Sequence record: SRR2962707_2339 | Reading direction: 5' to 3' (one strand) | Length of the DNA: 56,424 nt | Shown here: piece by piece, positions 10,176-20,702 of the stretch | Numbering within the stretch: position 1 is the first letter of the stretch | How the letters are laid out: each line of letters opens with the position of its first letter | Translations under genes and position numbers: made by a program | The notes under the pieces: generated by a model | What the model saw: the letters and a program-made list of their open reading frames with translations, nothing else | The model's database searches: none | Told to the model about the DNA's origin: nothing

Positions 10176-10265
10176 GGAGGGGTGGCCGAGTGGCTGAAGG
10201 CGCTGGTTTGCTAAACCAGTATACGGGAAACTGTATCGAGGGTTCGAATCCCTTCCCCTCCGCCA
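10176..10265 (+). tRNA. tRNA-Ser(GCT)
   Basis: GGAGGGG/CCCCTCC acceptor stem with GCCA end, anticodon arm CTGGT-TTGCTAA-ACCAG, long variable arm, GGTTCGAATCC T-loop. Confidence 0.97.
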
Positions 10266-10389
10266 TTTATCTCTAATATTCCCTACACAAAGAAATTACC
10301 GGCATTATTCGCGACTGGACCGCGACTTGGCATTACGCTGCGGCATCTGAAACGACTGGTGTCACGCTTTCCGGTGTGATTTTGGCTTT

Positions 10390-10549
10390 TGTCTCAAATG
10401 GACTTTTGAGACAGTTCGCTTATCCCCAAGAACAGGGAATTTACAGGGGAAAGTTATGGACTTTAGCCTGATTACGGCAAAAACGATGTCTTTGGCCCCA
10501 TTTCCCTGTTCATTTAGTAATAGGGAATCCGTTTTTGTTTATCAGGGGA
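10390..10549. repeat. tRNA-adjacent repeat cluster: 9-bp inverted repeat plus ACAGGG(G)AA / TTCCCTGT motifs
   Basis: TGTCTCAAA-N6-TTTGAGACA (10390-10413); AACAGGGAATTTACAGGGGAAA (10431-10452); TTTCCCTGTT...ATAGGGAA...TCAGGGGA (10501-10549). Confidence 0.6.
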
Positions 10550-10590
10550 CTGTAACATCGGTGTGGCCGGCAACTTTCTTGAGGCGGCAC

Positions 10591-13500
10591 TTAAGACGAG
10601 AAAGCCTTAACGTCTGTATCTAGGTTGTTTCTGACGAATTGAGCCAGCTGATTGTTGTGGTAAGGCTTTCTGATCAACGGGAATGTGTTCTTAAGCGATA
10701 CTTCCGGGTCTGCCTCTAACCCTGCATATCCCGATGCCATGCAGATCCTGATCTTGGGATATGTATTCTGAACCATTCGGGCGAGATTATATCCGTCGAT
10801 CCCCCCCGGCATAACCACATCTGTGAGCATTAGATCTATGTCTGGGTTTGCGTCCAAAAGTTCTATTGCCTGCGCCCCACAATTCGCGGTCAGGACAGTA
10901 TACCCCAGGTTGCGGAGTGTCGCTGCAGCGATCTTCAACAACTCTTCCTCGTCATCGACAACCAGCACCGTTTCCGAACCGTAAAAATCCGACAGGGTAT
11001 CTTCGCCATTCTGAACTTTCATTACAGGTGACTGGTCTTCCTTCGCGACCGGCAGGTATATGCTGAACGTACTCCCCACACCAGGCGCGGAATTGACCGT
11101 GACAAGACCGCCACAGCGTTTTGCAAAACCGTAGACCATGGAAAGCCCCAGGCCCGTCCCCTTGTTCTTATCCTTGGTAGAAAAGAAAGGCTCGAAAATA
11201 TGTTCGCGAATTTCTGCGGGCATACCAATGCCATTATCGATGACCATGATTGCAATATATTGACCGGGAGAAAGTTCCCTCAGATCGACTTCCACGGAAT
11301 CGTCAACAGTGATGGTCCCCGTCTTGATGGTGATCTTGCCACCATCCGGGATGGCATCTCGGGCATTGATGCAAAGATTCGTAATCGCATCTTCAAGATC
11401 ACCCTGCTCCGCCAACGCATTTGGAATGTCTTCGTCCAGAAGCAATTCGACCGCAACCAGTTCCGTAAGAGATTTCTGCAGCAGTTCATGCAGGTCACGA
11501 AGCGTTTCGTTGACATTCACCGGCGCGATTTCCATCGGCTCCTGCCTGGAAAAATTCAACAGTCGCCGGGTCAGGATGGCGCCTCGGGTCGCGGCGTTCA
11601 GCGCCTTCTCAGCCTGTTGGGCGGGCAAGCTGTCTGTATCGGTAACCATGCGAATGAGATCAAGATTGCCGATAATGATACCTAGAATATTGTTGAAATC
11701 GTGGGCGATGCCACCAACCAGTTGCCCAACGGCTTCCATCTTCTGCGACTGGCGGAGCTTATGTTCCATGCTTTTCTGATCGCTCAGATCGATCGTCGAG
11801 GCGATGAATGACGATTTGCCATCTATCATCATCTGTGCGATGCCAAGACTGACAGGGAAGGTTTCGCCATTCTTTCGTACTGCAACGACTTCCCGGCCTC
11901 TGCCGATAATCTTGGCTTGTCCGGTATCCAGAAAATTCCTGATATATTGATCGTGGCTGGTTCGGTCATCGCCTGCCGCGAGCATGGATACGTTCCTGCC
12001 GATCGCTTCATCCGGCGTATAACCGAATATCCGCGTTGCTTCCTTGTTGAAGGCGGTAATGGTCCCTGCCTGGTCGGCAACAACCACACCGACAGTCACA
12101 TTCTGAAACGCAGAGCGCAGTTGCAATTCAGCCTGATTAAGCTTTTCGTAGGCTTCATTCTCAGACGTCATATCACGCCCGGTACCGCGGTAGCCGAGAA
12201 ATTTTCCGTCATCGTCGTAGATTGGCTTCCCGGAAACAGACACATACATCCTTGGCGCTTCGGGATACTTCATCCAGTATCTGAAATCTTGAAACGGTCG
12301 TTGCGCGTCCAGATCAGCCAAATGGGAGCGCCACTTTGAATTGTTGACGGCCTCGTCCGCGAATTCCACTCGACGCTTACCTATACAGTATGACGTATCA
12401 TAATCCGGGACATACATGTTGCCTGTGTCCAGATTAACAAAAAGGTGGTCCGGACCGGATTCCCAAAACCAGTCTGAAGCCGTATCGACAAAATCCCTGA
12501 ACCTCTGCTCGCTGGCGCGTAGTTCCTGTTCCCGTTTTTTAAGATCGGTAATGTCCGTGCGGATACCGACAATGCCCCCGTCAGGCAACCGCTCTTCGGA
12601 GATATTCAGCCATCGGCCGTCGTATAGTTGCTGCTCGACGGTCATGGCCTCGGCATGCTGTTCGAGACGCTTCTGCAACCACGCATCTTCTCTCCCGTAA
12701 GCGCCCGGGAAAGCACCGACGGCCAGTCCGTTGCGCAGGATTTCCTCAAACGTAACCCCGGGCTGGATAGTGTTTTCATGTAAGTCGTAGATCATGCGAA
12801 ACTTCTCGTTACACACGACAAGCCGGTCATCCGCGTCAAAATACGCGAACCCTTCGCTCATGGAACTCAGCGCTTTATCAAGAAGTTCCTGTGAAGCCCT
12901 TGCATCAAGAAGTAATTGCTCCGACTTTGCTTCCGCTGCTCGTGCGCGCAACGACACCAATAGAGCACTTCGGTAAGTGAAAATGGTGGCCGGTACGATG
13001 ATCAATACGGCGATCAGCGCCGCGACAATGGCTGCATGTGTGAATGGTTGCAGCAAGTCGTTGAGTTGTTGCTCAACGATCAATGCGAAAGGCGTGCCGG
13101 GTATCGACTGGTATGACACCAGAAGTTCACGGCCGTGGCTGTCGGTCAACTGGTCATTTCCAGACTCGCCGGCCAACGCACGCCTCATCAGGTGCCCATA
13201 CTCGGTGTTATACGGCACGGGAACATCATGCTCTTGCTCTTCCCCCCTGATGACCTGATGAATCAAGATATCGACAACGCCATTACCATCCTGAACGATG
13301 AGGATTTCCCCGGTGCTGCCGATCCCCAATGGTTCGGAAAATGCTTCTTTGATTAATGGAATCGTCGTTTCTTGCAGGTCTTTCATGCCGCCCTGCGGAT
13401 CATGTATCAGATTCTCTTCTGTAACTGTCGTGACAAGTCTGGTGGCCAATGTCGCAATCTGTGAGAGGTTATTGGCACTGTTATCCAATACTGCCCTGTA

Positions 13501-13638
13501 AAGCACGATACTGACGATTGCCCCCACAACGGCAGTTGATAGACAGAGCGCAAGGACGATCTTGACCAGAAGATTCGGCTGGTTCGAGGCGAACGGCAGT
13601 CTTATTTTCTTGTCCGCGATGTCAGGTGTTAGCTTCAA
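10591..13638 (-). CDS. Hybrid sensor kinase (TM-periplasmic-TM, 3 PAS incl. FixL-like heme PAS, HisKA, HATPase, REC)
   Basis: [12 protein letters not shown]-box, NARDA, FFSTK..GTGLGL, VDDEE/TDVVMPG; third [29 protein letters not shown]. Confidence 0.9.
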   Translation of the reverse strand: MKLTPDIADKKIRLPFASNQPNLLVKIVLALCLSTAVVGAIVSIVLYRAVLDNSANNLSQIATLATRLVTTVTEENLIHDPQGGMKDLQETTIPLIKEAFSEPLGIGSTGEILIVQDGNGVVDILIHQVIRGEEQEHDVPVPYNTEYGHLMRRALAGESGNDQLTDSHGRELLVSYQSIPGTPFALIVEQQLNDLLQPFTHAAIVAALIAVLIIVPATIFTYRSALLVSLRARAAEAKSEQLLLDARASQELLDKALSSMSEGFAYFDADDRLVVCNEKFRMIYDLHENTIQPGVTFEEILRNGLAVGAFPGAYGREDAWLQKRLEQHAEAMTVEQQLYDGRWLNISEERLPDGGIVGIRTDITDLKKREQELRASEQRFRDFVDTASDWFWESGPDHLFVNLDTGNMYVPDYDTSYCIGKRRVEFADEAVNNSKWRSHLADLDAQRPFQDFRYWMKYPEAPRMYVSVSGKPIYDDDGKFLGYRGTGRDMTSENEAYEKLNQAELQLRSAFQNVTVGVVVADQAGTITAFNKEATRIFGYTPDEAIGRNVSMLAAGDDRTSHDQYIRNFLDTGQAKIIGRGREVVAVRKNGETFPVSLGIAQMMIDGKSSFIASTIDLSDQKSMEHKLRQSQKMEAVGQLVGGIAHDFNNILGIIIGNLDLIRMVTDTDSLPAQQAEKALNAATRGAILTRRLLNFSRQEPMEIAPVNVNETLRDLHELLQKSLTELVAVELLLDEDIPNALAEQGDLEDAITNLCINARDAIPDGGKITIKTGTITVDDSVEVDLRELSPGQYIAIMVIDNGIGMPAEIREHIFEPFFSTKDKNKGTGLGLSMVYGFAKRCGGLVTVNSAPGVGSTFSIYLPVAKEDQSPVMKVQNGEDTLSDFYGSETVLVVDDEEELLKIAAATLRNLGYTVLTANCGAQAIELLDANPDIDLMLTDVVMPGGIDGYNLARMVQNTYPKIRICMASGYAGLEADPEVSLKNTFPLIRKPYHNNQLAQFVRNNLDTDVKAFSS

Positions 13639-14097
13639 GAGCCCATCCCTGCCTGCGTTCCGCCATGGCCCGGAATCGCTGTCGCGGCGTATCGTTGATA
13701 TACACTTAAGACACCTGATGCAGTTTCTTTACAGCGCCGGAAAGGAATTCGTCTGTGTCTAAACATAACTAATTCCGAAAACCCAATTACTTAAATGACC
13801 CGAATAAATAATAAACACCATTCGAAGGCCACCGGCGACGGCGACAGTACTCACCACATAATTTCGGATATCCCATACATGCAATTCGCACAAGTAGGGG
13901 TTATTGCGTAGATCGGTATCCGAATATTTAACTGCTTGAATCGTAAGGGTGCGGGAATATGTCCAGACTTACCCCTATTAGTATTGTGGTCTTTTAGTCG
14001 GGTTCTATAATACCCGTATGCGTATTGTTACCTATCTGCCGGTTTAATGTTCCGCCTTTAACGGGTTGCTCCGAAACGCACCTAAGAAGTTGATCAA

Positions 14098-14547
14098 ATG
14101 TTCAGGGAATTACGAAAGTATACATTACGAGACCGTTTGCATCTTTTGCATGAACTTTCCCATACCGGCAGTTATGAATGGGAGAGCATTTGCGGGCATG
14201 CCGTCACACTTGACGTCATGACGGCAATCAGTGGTTTGGACAAGGGAACAGGCCCCAAATTTATCCGCGTTGGCGGCTCTGTCTCATCGCTTACAGGTTA
14301 CACGGCAGCGGAATTGACGGGCGTTAACCCCAATATTCTTCAATGTTCAGAAACAAGCACGGAGACTTTGCCCCGCCTGATGTTGGATATATCCACCACA
14401 GGCAAGGGCGAGATAAAAATCGTCAACCAACGCAAATCGGGTGAACTTTATGGGTGCCACATCCTGGCATCGAAATCCGTATTCGACCCGGGTCATCATG
14501 AGTATTTCATGGCATTCCTGGGTGAATGCCCGCTCGACGAATGTTAG
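14098..14547 (+). CDS. Stand-alone PAS protein, LOV-like but lacking the photoactive Cys
   Basis: LTGYTAAELTGVNPNILQCSET...IVNQRKSG aligns with LOV GYxxEEILGRNCRFLQGPET...LNYRKDG. Confidence 0.65.
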   Translation: MFRELRKYTLRDRLHLLHELSHTGSYEWESICGHAVTLDVMTAISGLDKGTGPKFIRVGGSVSSLTGYTAAELTGVNPNILQCSETSTETLPRLMLDISTTGKGEIKIVNQRKSGELYGCHILASKSVFDPGHHEYFMAFLGECPLDEC

Positions 14548-14624
14548 CCGGCGCCGCTTAACCACTCCCACCGCGGCACACGCCCATCAGTATTCCGCTA
14601 CCGGACATCGGATTCCGGCACTGC

Positions 14625-14639
14625 TTACATATCTTTACA
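14625..14639 (+). promoter_or_regulatory. TTACA-N5-TTACA direct repeat upstream of the triple-PAS chemoreceptor
   Basis: TTACA TATCT TTACA. Confidence 0.6.
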
Positions 14640-14793
14640 TATTCTAATGGGCGGGAAACACGGCTGCTGAGTGTTTCTGCCATAGTGCATGCCAATTGCA
14701 AATGTGAATGCAAAGGTCCGCTACCAGTATTTCGTCTTTGGGCCATGATCGAAAAATCATTTGGGCGCTTGAGAGCGCAAACAGGAGCAGAAG

Positions 14794-16749
14794 ATGGAAC
14801 TACAAGCCACCACAGCGCATGTATCGTCGACTCCGAAGCCGGTAAAGCTCATGAAGCCCAAGGCCCCCAATGTCGCCAAGGCTAAATTCAACAGTGTTGA
14901 CAATGGTCCGTCTGAAAACATCGCCGAAATGTCGGCGATGATCGAGGCTTTGAATCGTTCACAGGCCGTTATCGAGTTCAATATGGATGGCACCATTCGA
15001 TCAGCGAATAAGCTTTTCCTCGGCGCTATGGGCTATACGCTTGATGAAATCGTCGGCCAGCATCACAGCATGTTTGTCGATCCGGCGTATGCAAAAAGCG
15101 CTGAATACAAAGATTTCTGGGCAAAGCTGAATGACGGCAAGTTCCAGGCTGCGGAATACAAGCGACTTGGCAAGGGCGGCAAGGAAGTTTTTATCCAAGC
15201 TTCCTATAACCCGATCTTCGATCAGAACGGCAAGCCATTCAAAGTCGTAAAATATGCGACGGACGTCACCGCACAGAAACTCAGGAATGTTGATTACGAA
15301 GGACAGATCGCGGCGATTTCCAAGTCACAGGCGGTCATCGAATTCAACATGGATGGAACCATTCTGAATGCCAACGATTTGTTCCTGAATGTCATGGGGT
15401 ATTCGCTTGATGAAATCAAAGGCAAGCATCACAGCATGTTTGCCGAACCCGATTTGGCAAGAAGCCCCGACTACAAACAGTTCTGGGCAAAACTGAATGC
15501 AGGTGACTTCCAGGCAGGTGAATACAAGCGCCTCGGCAAGGGCGGCAAGGAAGTCTACATCCAGGCTTCATACAATCCGATCCTTGATACTAATGGAAAG
15601 CCTTTCAAGGTCGTAAAATATGCGACGGACATCACCGCTCAGAAGTTGAAAAACGCCGATTACAAAGGCCAGATCGAAGCCATCAGCAAGTCACAAGCCG
15701 TTATCGAATTTGATATGAACGGCACCATCAGGACAGCAAACGACCTGTTCCTTGGCGTCATGGGTTACTCATTAAGTGAAATTCAGGGCAAGCATCACAG
15801 CATGTTCGCAGAACCTGAATACGCGCAGAGTGTCGAGTACAATCAGTTCTGGGAACAACTGCGTGCCGGCCAGTATCAAGCTGCTGAATACAAGCGCATC
15901 GGCAAGGGCGGGAAGGAAGTCTATATCCAGGCCTCTTACAATCCCATTCTCGATCTCAACGGCAAACCGGTCAAAGTCGTTAAGTACGCAACAGATATCA
16001 CCGCCCAGGTTGTCGCGCGCAATCACCGAGCGGAATCCATCAAGACCATAGACGGTGACCTGACCGAAATTTCCGGCGAGATCACCAATGTAAGCGAACT
16101 TGTGACGGACGCCGCGAGCGCCGCGACGCAGACTGCATCGAACGTCCAGGCAATGGCTGCGGCTGCGGAAGAAATGACGGCTTCCATTCAGGAAATCAGC
16201 CAGCAGGTAACGCGCTCGACAAACATCGCCCAGACCGCAGTCAGTCAGACCGAGGCCAGCAACGAGGCGATCTCGGCACTCTCAGAAGCGGCCCAGCGTA
16301 TCGGCGACGTCGTCGAACTGATCAGCGATATCGCCTCACAGACCAATCTTCTTGCGTTGAATGCCACGATCGAAGCCGCCCGCGCAGGCGAGGCCGGCAA
16401 GGGATTTGCCGTGGTTGCTTCGGAAGTGAAGAACCTGGCCAATCAGACCGCAAAGGCGACCGCTGATATCAGTACCCAGATATCTGGTATCCAGGACTCT
16501 ACAAATGCATCCGTCGAAGCGATGAAAAGCGTCACAAGCACAATCGGCGAGATCAACGAGATTTCAACCTCGATCTCTGCGGCCGTTGAAGAGCAGTCGA
16601 AAGTTACCGAGGAAATCTCGATGAACATGCAAACCGCCTCATCCGGTGTCGATCAAATCGCCAAAGGCACCTCGGAAATTTCAGCGGCCATGGAAAACGT
16701 CGAGAAATCCACGAAAAGGGTCAAAGACGCCACAAGCCAGATCGCATGA
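14794..16749 (+). CDS. Soluble methyl-accepting chemotaxis protein with three tandem PAS domains (BdlA-like PAS type)
   Basis: 3x SQAVIEF..DG...GYxLxEIxGxHHSMF...[11 protein letters not shown] tip [34 protein letters not shown]; no TM. Confidence 0.93.
   Translation: MELQATTAHVSSTPKPVKLMKPKAPNVAKAKFNSVDNGPSENIAEMSAMIEALNRSQAVIEFNMDGTIRSANKLFLGAMGYTLDEIVGQHHSMFVDPAYAKSAEYKDFWAKLNDGKFQAAEYKRLGKGGKEVFIQASYNPIFDQNGKPFKVVKYATDVTAQKLRNVDYEGQIAAISKSQAVIEFNMDGTILNANDLFLNVMGYSLDEIKGKHHSMFAEPDLARSPDYKQFWAKLNAGDFQAGEYKRLGKGGKEVYIQASYNPILDTNGKPFKVVKYATDITAQKLKNADYKGQIEAISKSQAVIEFDMNGTIRTANDLFLGVMGYSLSEIQGKHHSMFAEPEYAQSVEYNQFWEQLRAGQYQAAEYKRIGKGGKEVYIQASYNPILDLNGKPVKVVKYATDITAQVVARNHRAESIKTIDGDLTEISGEITNVSELVTDAASAATQTASNVQAMAAAAEEMTASIQEISQQVTRSTNIAQTAVSQTEASNEAISALSEAAQRIGDVVELISDIASQTNLLALNATIEAARAGEAGKGFAVVASEVKNLANQTAKATADISTQISGIQDSTNASVEAMKSVTSTIGEINEISTSISAAVEEQSKVTEEISMNMQTASSGVDQIAKGTSEISAAMENVEKSTKRVKDATSQIA
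14959..16010 (+). repeat. Intragenic tandem triplication, 366-bp period (PAS repeats)
   Basis: TCACAxGCxGTxATCGAxTT units start at 14959, 15325 and 15691. Confidence 0.85.
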
Positions 16750-16778
16750 GTACATATGTTTGCCTCCCCTGACTACTA

Positions 16779-16814
16779 CCCGCGCGCCAGACAAAGGCAC
16801 GCGGGATTTTGTTT
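16779..16814 (+). terminator. Possible intrinsic terminator after the MCP gene
   Basis: CCCGCGCGCC-AGACAAA-GGCACGCGGG stem (one mismatch) followed by ATTTTGTTT. Confidence 0.45.
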
Positions 16815-16854
16815 GTACCCTTATGTGCTGTAGTCTTGATATTGATGAGGCAAG

Positions 16855-19800
16855 GTGCCAACCGAAATGCCAATGAAAAATAAAAAACATTCCACGGCAA
16901 CGGACATAGCGAGCGATGCGCGCTCGCCTGATGATGAGACAAATTTGAATCTCCTCGGCGAAATGCGATGGGAATACGACCCGGAAAATGGAGTGTTCCT
17001 GTCCGTATCAATCCCCGAGGAAACATATCTGGGCTACACCAAGGAAGAATGGCTCAATGCTAATATGTGGCCCGATCTGGTTCATCCCAACGATCGGGGG
17101 CGCATCTCGTCCAAACGGGAAAAAGCCCACGAGGACAACAAGAGAATCGATTCCGAGTACCGGTTCAGGAATTCAAACGGCGAATTTAGCTGGGTCAGGG
17201 AACTCTCCTGCGCAAGCATAAATGAAGATGGCGCCCCGCGCGTTAAGGGCTATTTCTTCGATGTTACGGATTATCAGAGCATTCGCGCGCTGGTCACTGA
17301 ACGCGATAGCCCATACCGCAATCTTGTGGATGCGATGCCCGATCCATTTTTGATTCAGCAGAACGACGTTATCGTTTTTGCCAATCCTGCCGCAGAGTTC
17401 CTGTTGGGTGAAGGTCATGAAGAGTCTCTGATCGGCTTGAGCGTGGATAAGATATTCACGGACCGTCATCATGCCCAAGCCCGGATAGACACTGTCTCAT
17501 CCGGTGGCCAAAGCCTGTGCACCTCGAACGAAACCGTTCATTCCATAAAAGGAAAATCAATCGACGCGGAAATCGTCAGTTGCAAGACAATGTGGGGAAG
17601 TGGCCCCGCGGTGCAGTCGGTGATCCGGGATCTTACGTGGCTGTCAGAAATGCTGAATATGCTGCGCGAAGAGAAGAATCTGAGCAAGCTTGTCCTTGAT
17701 CATATCATCGAAGGTGTATGTGTGGTTGATCAAGCGGGGATCATCAAATCCGTCAATCCATCTGCAGCAAAAATCCTCGGCATTTCCGATACAAATGCCA
17801 AAGGGCAGTCAATACACAGCATTCTGCATTTACACACGGAATCAGGCGGACGGGATGACATCAGGAATTCAGACGCCGATTGCATCTACTGTAAACAGAA
17901 CCGTCTGGGCAAGAATTACCAATTGGAAAAGGCCTATTTGCCAGACAATGACGGAACAGAGCGATTTCTGCGCTGCGAGAGCACGCCGATTTATAACAAC
18001 AAGCAACTATTCGGCGCCGTGATCACAATTCGCGACCTGACCCAAATCAGACAGCGAGATATCGAAATCCATAATCTGACAAGAGCGATCGAGCAAAGCC
18101 CGGTTGCACTTGCCGTCACGGATATCAACGGGGCGTTGGAATATGTGAACCCCGAATTCTCTGATTTAATTGGCATTTCCTTCTCCGACTATCAGGGGAA
18201 GTCTTCTCCCCTTCTGACCTCCGAAACGCTCACCAATAAGACTTTCAAGTCTATGTGGCGGACATTGAAAGCCGGCAAAAAATGGGAAGGAGAAATTCCC
18301 AACTTCCTGTCCAACGGCCGTCGCATATGGATCCGCGGCATCGTATCGCCCCTGAAGGACGAAAACGGCAAGGTCACCAGGTATCTGGGGATGTACGTCG
18401 ACGTAACCAGCGAACAGTATGCCCAGGCGCTGCAAAAGGCGACCGAGAGCAAGCTGACGATGATCTTTAATTCCATCGGCAATGCCATCTTCATGATTAC
18501 TGATGACGGAAAAATCGAAGCGGTCAACCCAGCATGCATAAAGATGTTTGGTTACGAAAATGAAGTTCTCGACCGGATCAACATCACCGACATCCTGCCA
18601 GAATTCAGCCTAGACATTTACAAAGAGACATCACTTAACGGGGCATCGACTTCGTCGACAAAGGAAACATATGGGATCAATAAGGAAGGCATCCACATCC
18701 CGGTGTTGCTCACCGTTGGCAGAATGCCCCAGCCATCATGGCAGCTTGAGGACAGACGTAACAGGGATCGGAAATCCTATATCTGCACTATTCAGGACAT
18801 CACTGCCCAAAAGGAAGCTCAGAACGCCATCGAGAACGCGCAGAAGATGGATGCACTGGGGCAACTGACGGGAGGATTGGCACACGATTTCAACAACCTT
18901 CTCGGCATCGTCATCGGCAATCTGGATCTGGTAAAAGAGGACCTGCCGGATGACTCACCGCTCGTGAATTATGTCTCAACGGCGCTACGGGCATCGCTTC
19001 GTGGCGCGGATCTGTCTCGAAGCCTACTAGATTTCTCCCGTAGTGCCTCAATCAATACGGAAATGGTTGATGCCAATGAAGTTATCGAAGAACTCCAGGT
19101 TATGTTGCAGCCGGCGCTGACCAGGCGCATCAACATGACAAAGCAGATCGCTTCAGGTCTTTGGCATGCCTCATTGAACAAAAGCGAATTCATATCAGCT
19201 CTGATGAACCTGATCCTCAATGCCCGCGATGCAATGCCATCGGGGGGGGATATTTTGATATCGACCGAGAACCTCAGCATTTCCGAACCTAAGCCACTGG
19301 AACTCGGAATTTGCCTGCCTGGTGATTATATCTGCATCACCGTCAAAGACACCGGCACAGGTATGGATCAATCCACGCTCGATAAAATGTTTGAGCCATT
19401 TTATACGACAAAACCGAAAGGCAAGGGTACTGGACTTGGGCTGAGCACTGTCTTCGGGTTCGTTCACCGCGCAGGTGGCTTCATTGATGTGTCATCCGAA
19501 TTGAATAAAGGAACATCAATTTCGCTGATAATTCCCCGTGCAGAGGATGAGCAGCCAAAAGTCGAAGAATTAGATAACATAGATGTTTCATCGTCTATCA
19601 AGTCTGGAGAATTACTCGTCGTAGACGATGAAGTGGAACTTGCGGAATTCTGCAAATTCACCCTGGAGCGGGAAGGCTATTCGGTCCATATGGCCTATAA
19701 CGGGCGTCAGGCGCTAGATGTTCTGGAAGCTCATCCGAATATATCGGTAATGGTTACGGATGTCGTCATGCCCGGTGATCTGGATGGCATCGACTTGTGT

Positions 19801-19974
19801 GCAGAGGTCGGTCGAAGAAACCAAGCTGTTAAGGTGATTCTGACAACCGGATTCACCGAAAAAATCACTAACCGGGATTCATTGCCGGAAAACTGCATGG
19901 AACTTATGCGTAAACCTTTCCGCGCAGAGGAACTCGCAAGAGTAGTCGCCGCCGTCGACGCCCGGCATAAATAA
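16855..19974 (+). CDS. Soluble multi-PAS hybrid histidine kinase (about 5 PAS, HisKA, HATPase, REC)
   Basis: LVHPNDR PAS; NifL-like PAS (AIEQSPVALAVTD...SMWRTLKAGKKWEGEI); [40 protein letters not shown]; exact start uncertain (16855/16867/16873). Confidence 0.9.
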   Translation: MPTEMPMKNKKHSTATDIASDARSPDDETNLNLLGEMRWEYDPENGVFLSVSIPEETYLGYTKEEWLNANMWPDLVHPNDRGRISSKREKAHEDNKRIDSEYRFRNSNGEFSWVRELSCASINEDGAPRVKGYFFDVTDYQSIRALVTERDSPYRNLVDAMPDPFLIQQNDVIVFANPAAEFLLGEGHEESLIGLSVDKIFTDRHHAQARIDTVSSGGQSLCTSNETVHSIKGKSIDAEIVSCKTMWGSGPAVQSVIRDLTWLSEMLNMLREEKNLSKLVLDHIIEGVCVVDQAGIIKSVNPSAAKILGISDTNAKGQSIHSILHLHTESGGRDDIRNSDADCIYCKQNRLGKNYQLEKAYLPDNDGTERFLRCESTPIYNNKQLFGAVITIRDLTQIRQRDIEIHNLTRAIEQSPVALAVTDINGALEYVNPEFSDLIGISFSDYQGKSSPLLTSETLTNKTFKSMWRTLKAGKKWEGEIPNFLSNGRRIWIRGIVSPLKDENGKVTRYLGMYVDVTSEQYAQALQKATESKLTMIFNSIGNAIFMITDDGKIEAVNPACIKMFGYENEVLDRINITDILPEFSLDIYKETSLNGASTSSTKETYGINKEGIHIPVLLTVGRMPQPSWQLEDRRNRDRKSYICTIQDITAQKEAQNAIENAQKMDALGQLTGGLAHDFNNLLGIVIGNLDLVKEDLPDDSPLVNYVSTALRASLRGADLSRSLLDFSRSASINTEMVDANEVIEELQVMLQPALTRRINMTKQIASGLWHASLNKSEFISALMNLILNARDAMPSGGDILISTENLSISEPKPLELGICLPGDYICITVKDTGTGMDQSTLDKMFEPFYTTKPKGKGTGLGLSTVFGFVHRAGGFIDVSSELNKGTSISLIIPRAEDEQPKVEELDNIDVSSSIKSGELLVVDDEVELAEFCKFTLEREGYSVHMAYNGRQALDVLEAHPNISVMVTDVVMPGDLDGIDLCAEVGRRNQAVKVILTTGFTEKITNRDSLPENCMELMRKPFRAEELARVVAAVDARHK

Positions 19975-20069
19975 ATTTACTTACTTTTACATATTGGCAA
20001 AGACGAATCATCTTTCACATACCTGGCTCTACTATGTTTCGACGATGTTATTGATGACGGAAATGCCCC

Positions 20070-20456
20070 ATGACAAAACTTGCTCTAATTGTTGAAGACA
20101 ACGGCGGGACAGCAGCCTTCATTGCAGAGTGCATGGAACGGATGGGGTATCAGTGCATTTGCAAACGCACATTCGAGGCCGCTATGGACACCGTCCATGA
20201 CGCCAACCTTGAAGTAGCGATCATCGATATTTTCCTCCCCGGCATGGGCGGGATTGAGGGGATCCGGCAATTGAAGGCAATCAATGATAACTGCCGTGTC
20301 CTCGCTGTTTCTGGGGGCTTTCAACCAATGACCGGCCTGACAGCCCTGAAAGCCGCACAGCGTATCGGTGCCGACGCCGTTTTGCCGAAGCCTTTTCGCC
20401 TGCATCAAATCCGGGAAGTCATTAATGGATTCAACGCCTCCAGCACGTATGAATAA
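20070..20456 (+). CDS. Single-domain response regulator
   Basis: IVEDN, IIDIFLPGMGG, AVSGG, LPKPF. Confidence 0.9.
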   Translation: MTKLALIVEDNGGTAAFIAECMERMGYQCICKRTFEAAMDTVHDANLEVAIIDIFLPGMGGIEGIRQLKAINDNCRVLAVSGGFQPMTGLTALKAAQRIGADAVLPKPFRLHQIREVINGFNASSTYE

Positions 20457-20522
20457 CATCGGCCGTTCGGCATACGGATCACACCGAAGCTAAACGATCT
20501 CTCTCACTAAACAGAATACCCC

Positions 20523-20542
20523 ACCCCCAGCATGCTGGGGGT
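20523..20542. repeat. Perfect 20-bp palindrome
   Basis: ACCCCCAGCATGCTGGGGGT equals its own reverse complement. Confidence 0.8.
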
Positions 20543-20581
20543 TTCCCTATGCGCATGCCAATCGGGCCAGTTCTGAATGAA

Positions 20582-20596
20582 TTACAAATCTTTACA
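20582..20596 (+). promoter_or_regulatory. TTACA-N5-TTACA direct repeat upstream of the mcp-cheA operon
   Basis: TTACA AATCT TTACA. Confidence 0.6.
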
Positions 20597-20702
20597 TTAT
20601 CGAGATTTAGAAAAATCGACGGCTTACACGGGCATGTCATTTTCTAGGCACGGAAATGCAGAGAATTTCCACCAGTAACCGAGCCGGAACGAGGCAAAAA
20701 AC

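Noticed and set aside
13895-13977. TAGGGGT...ACCCCTA inverted pair
   Set aside because: Only 7-bp arms 69 bp apart; plausible by chance.
14959-16010. Long DNA repeats as a CRISPR array or mobile repeat
   Set aside because: In-frame 366-bp PAS domain duplications with no spacers.
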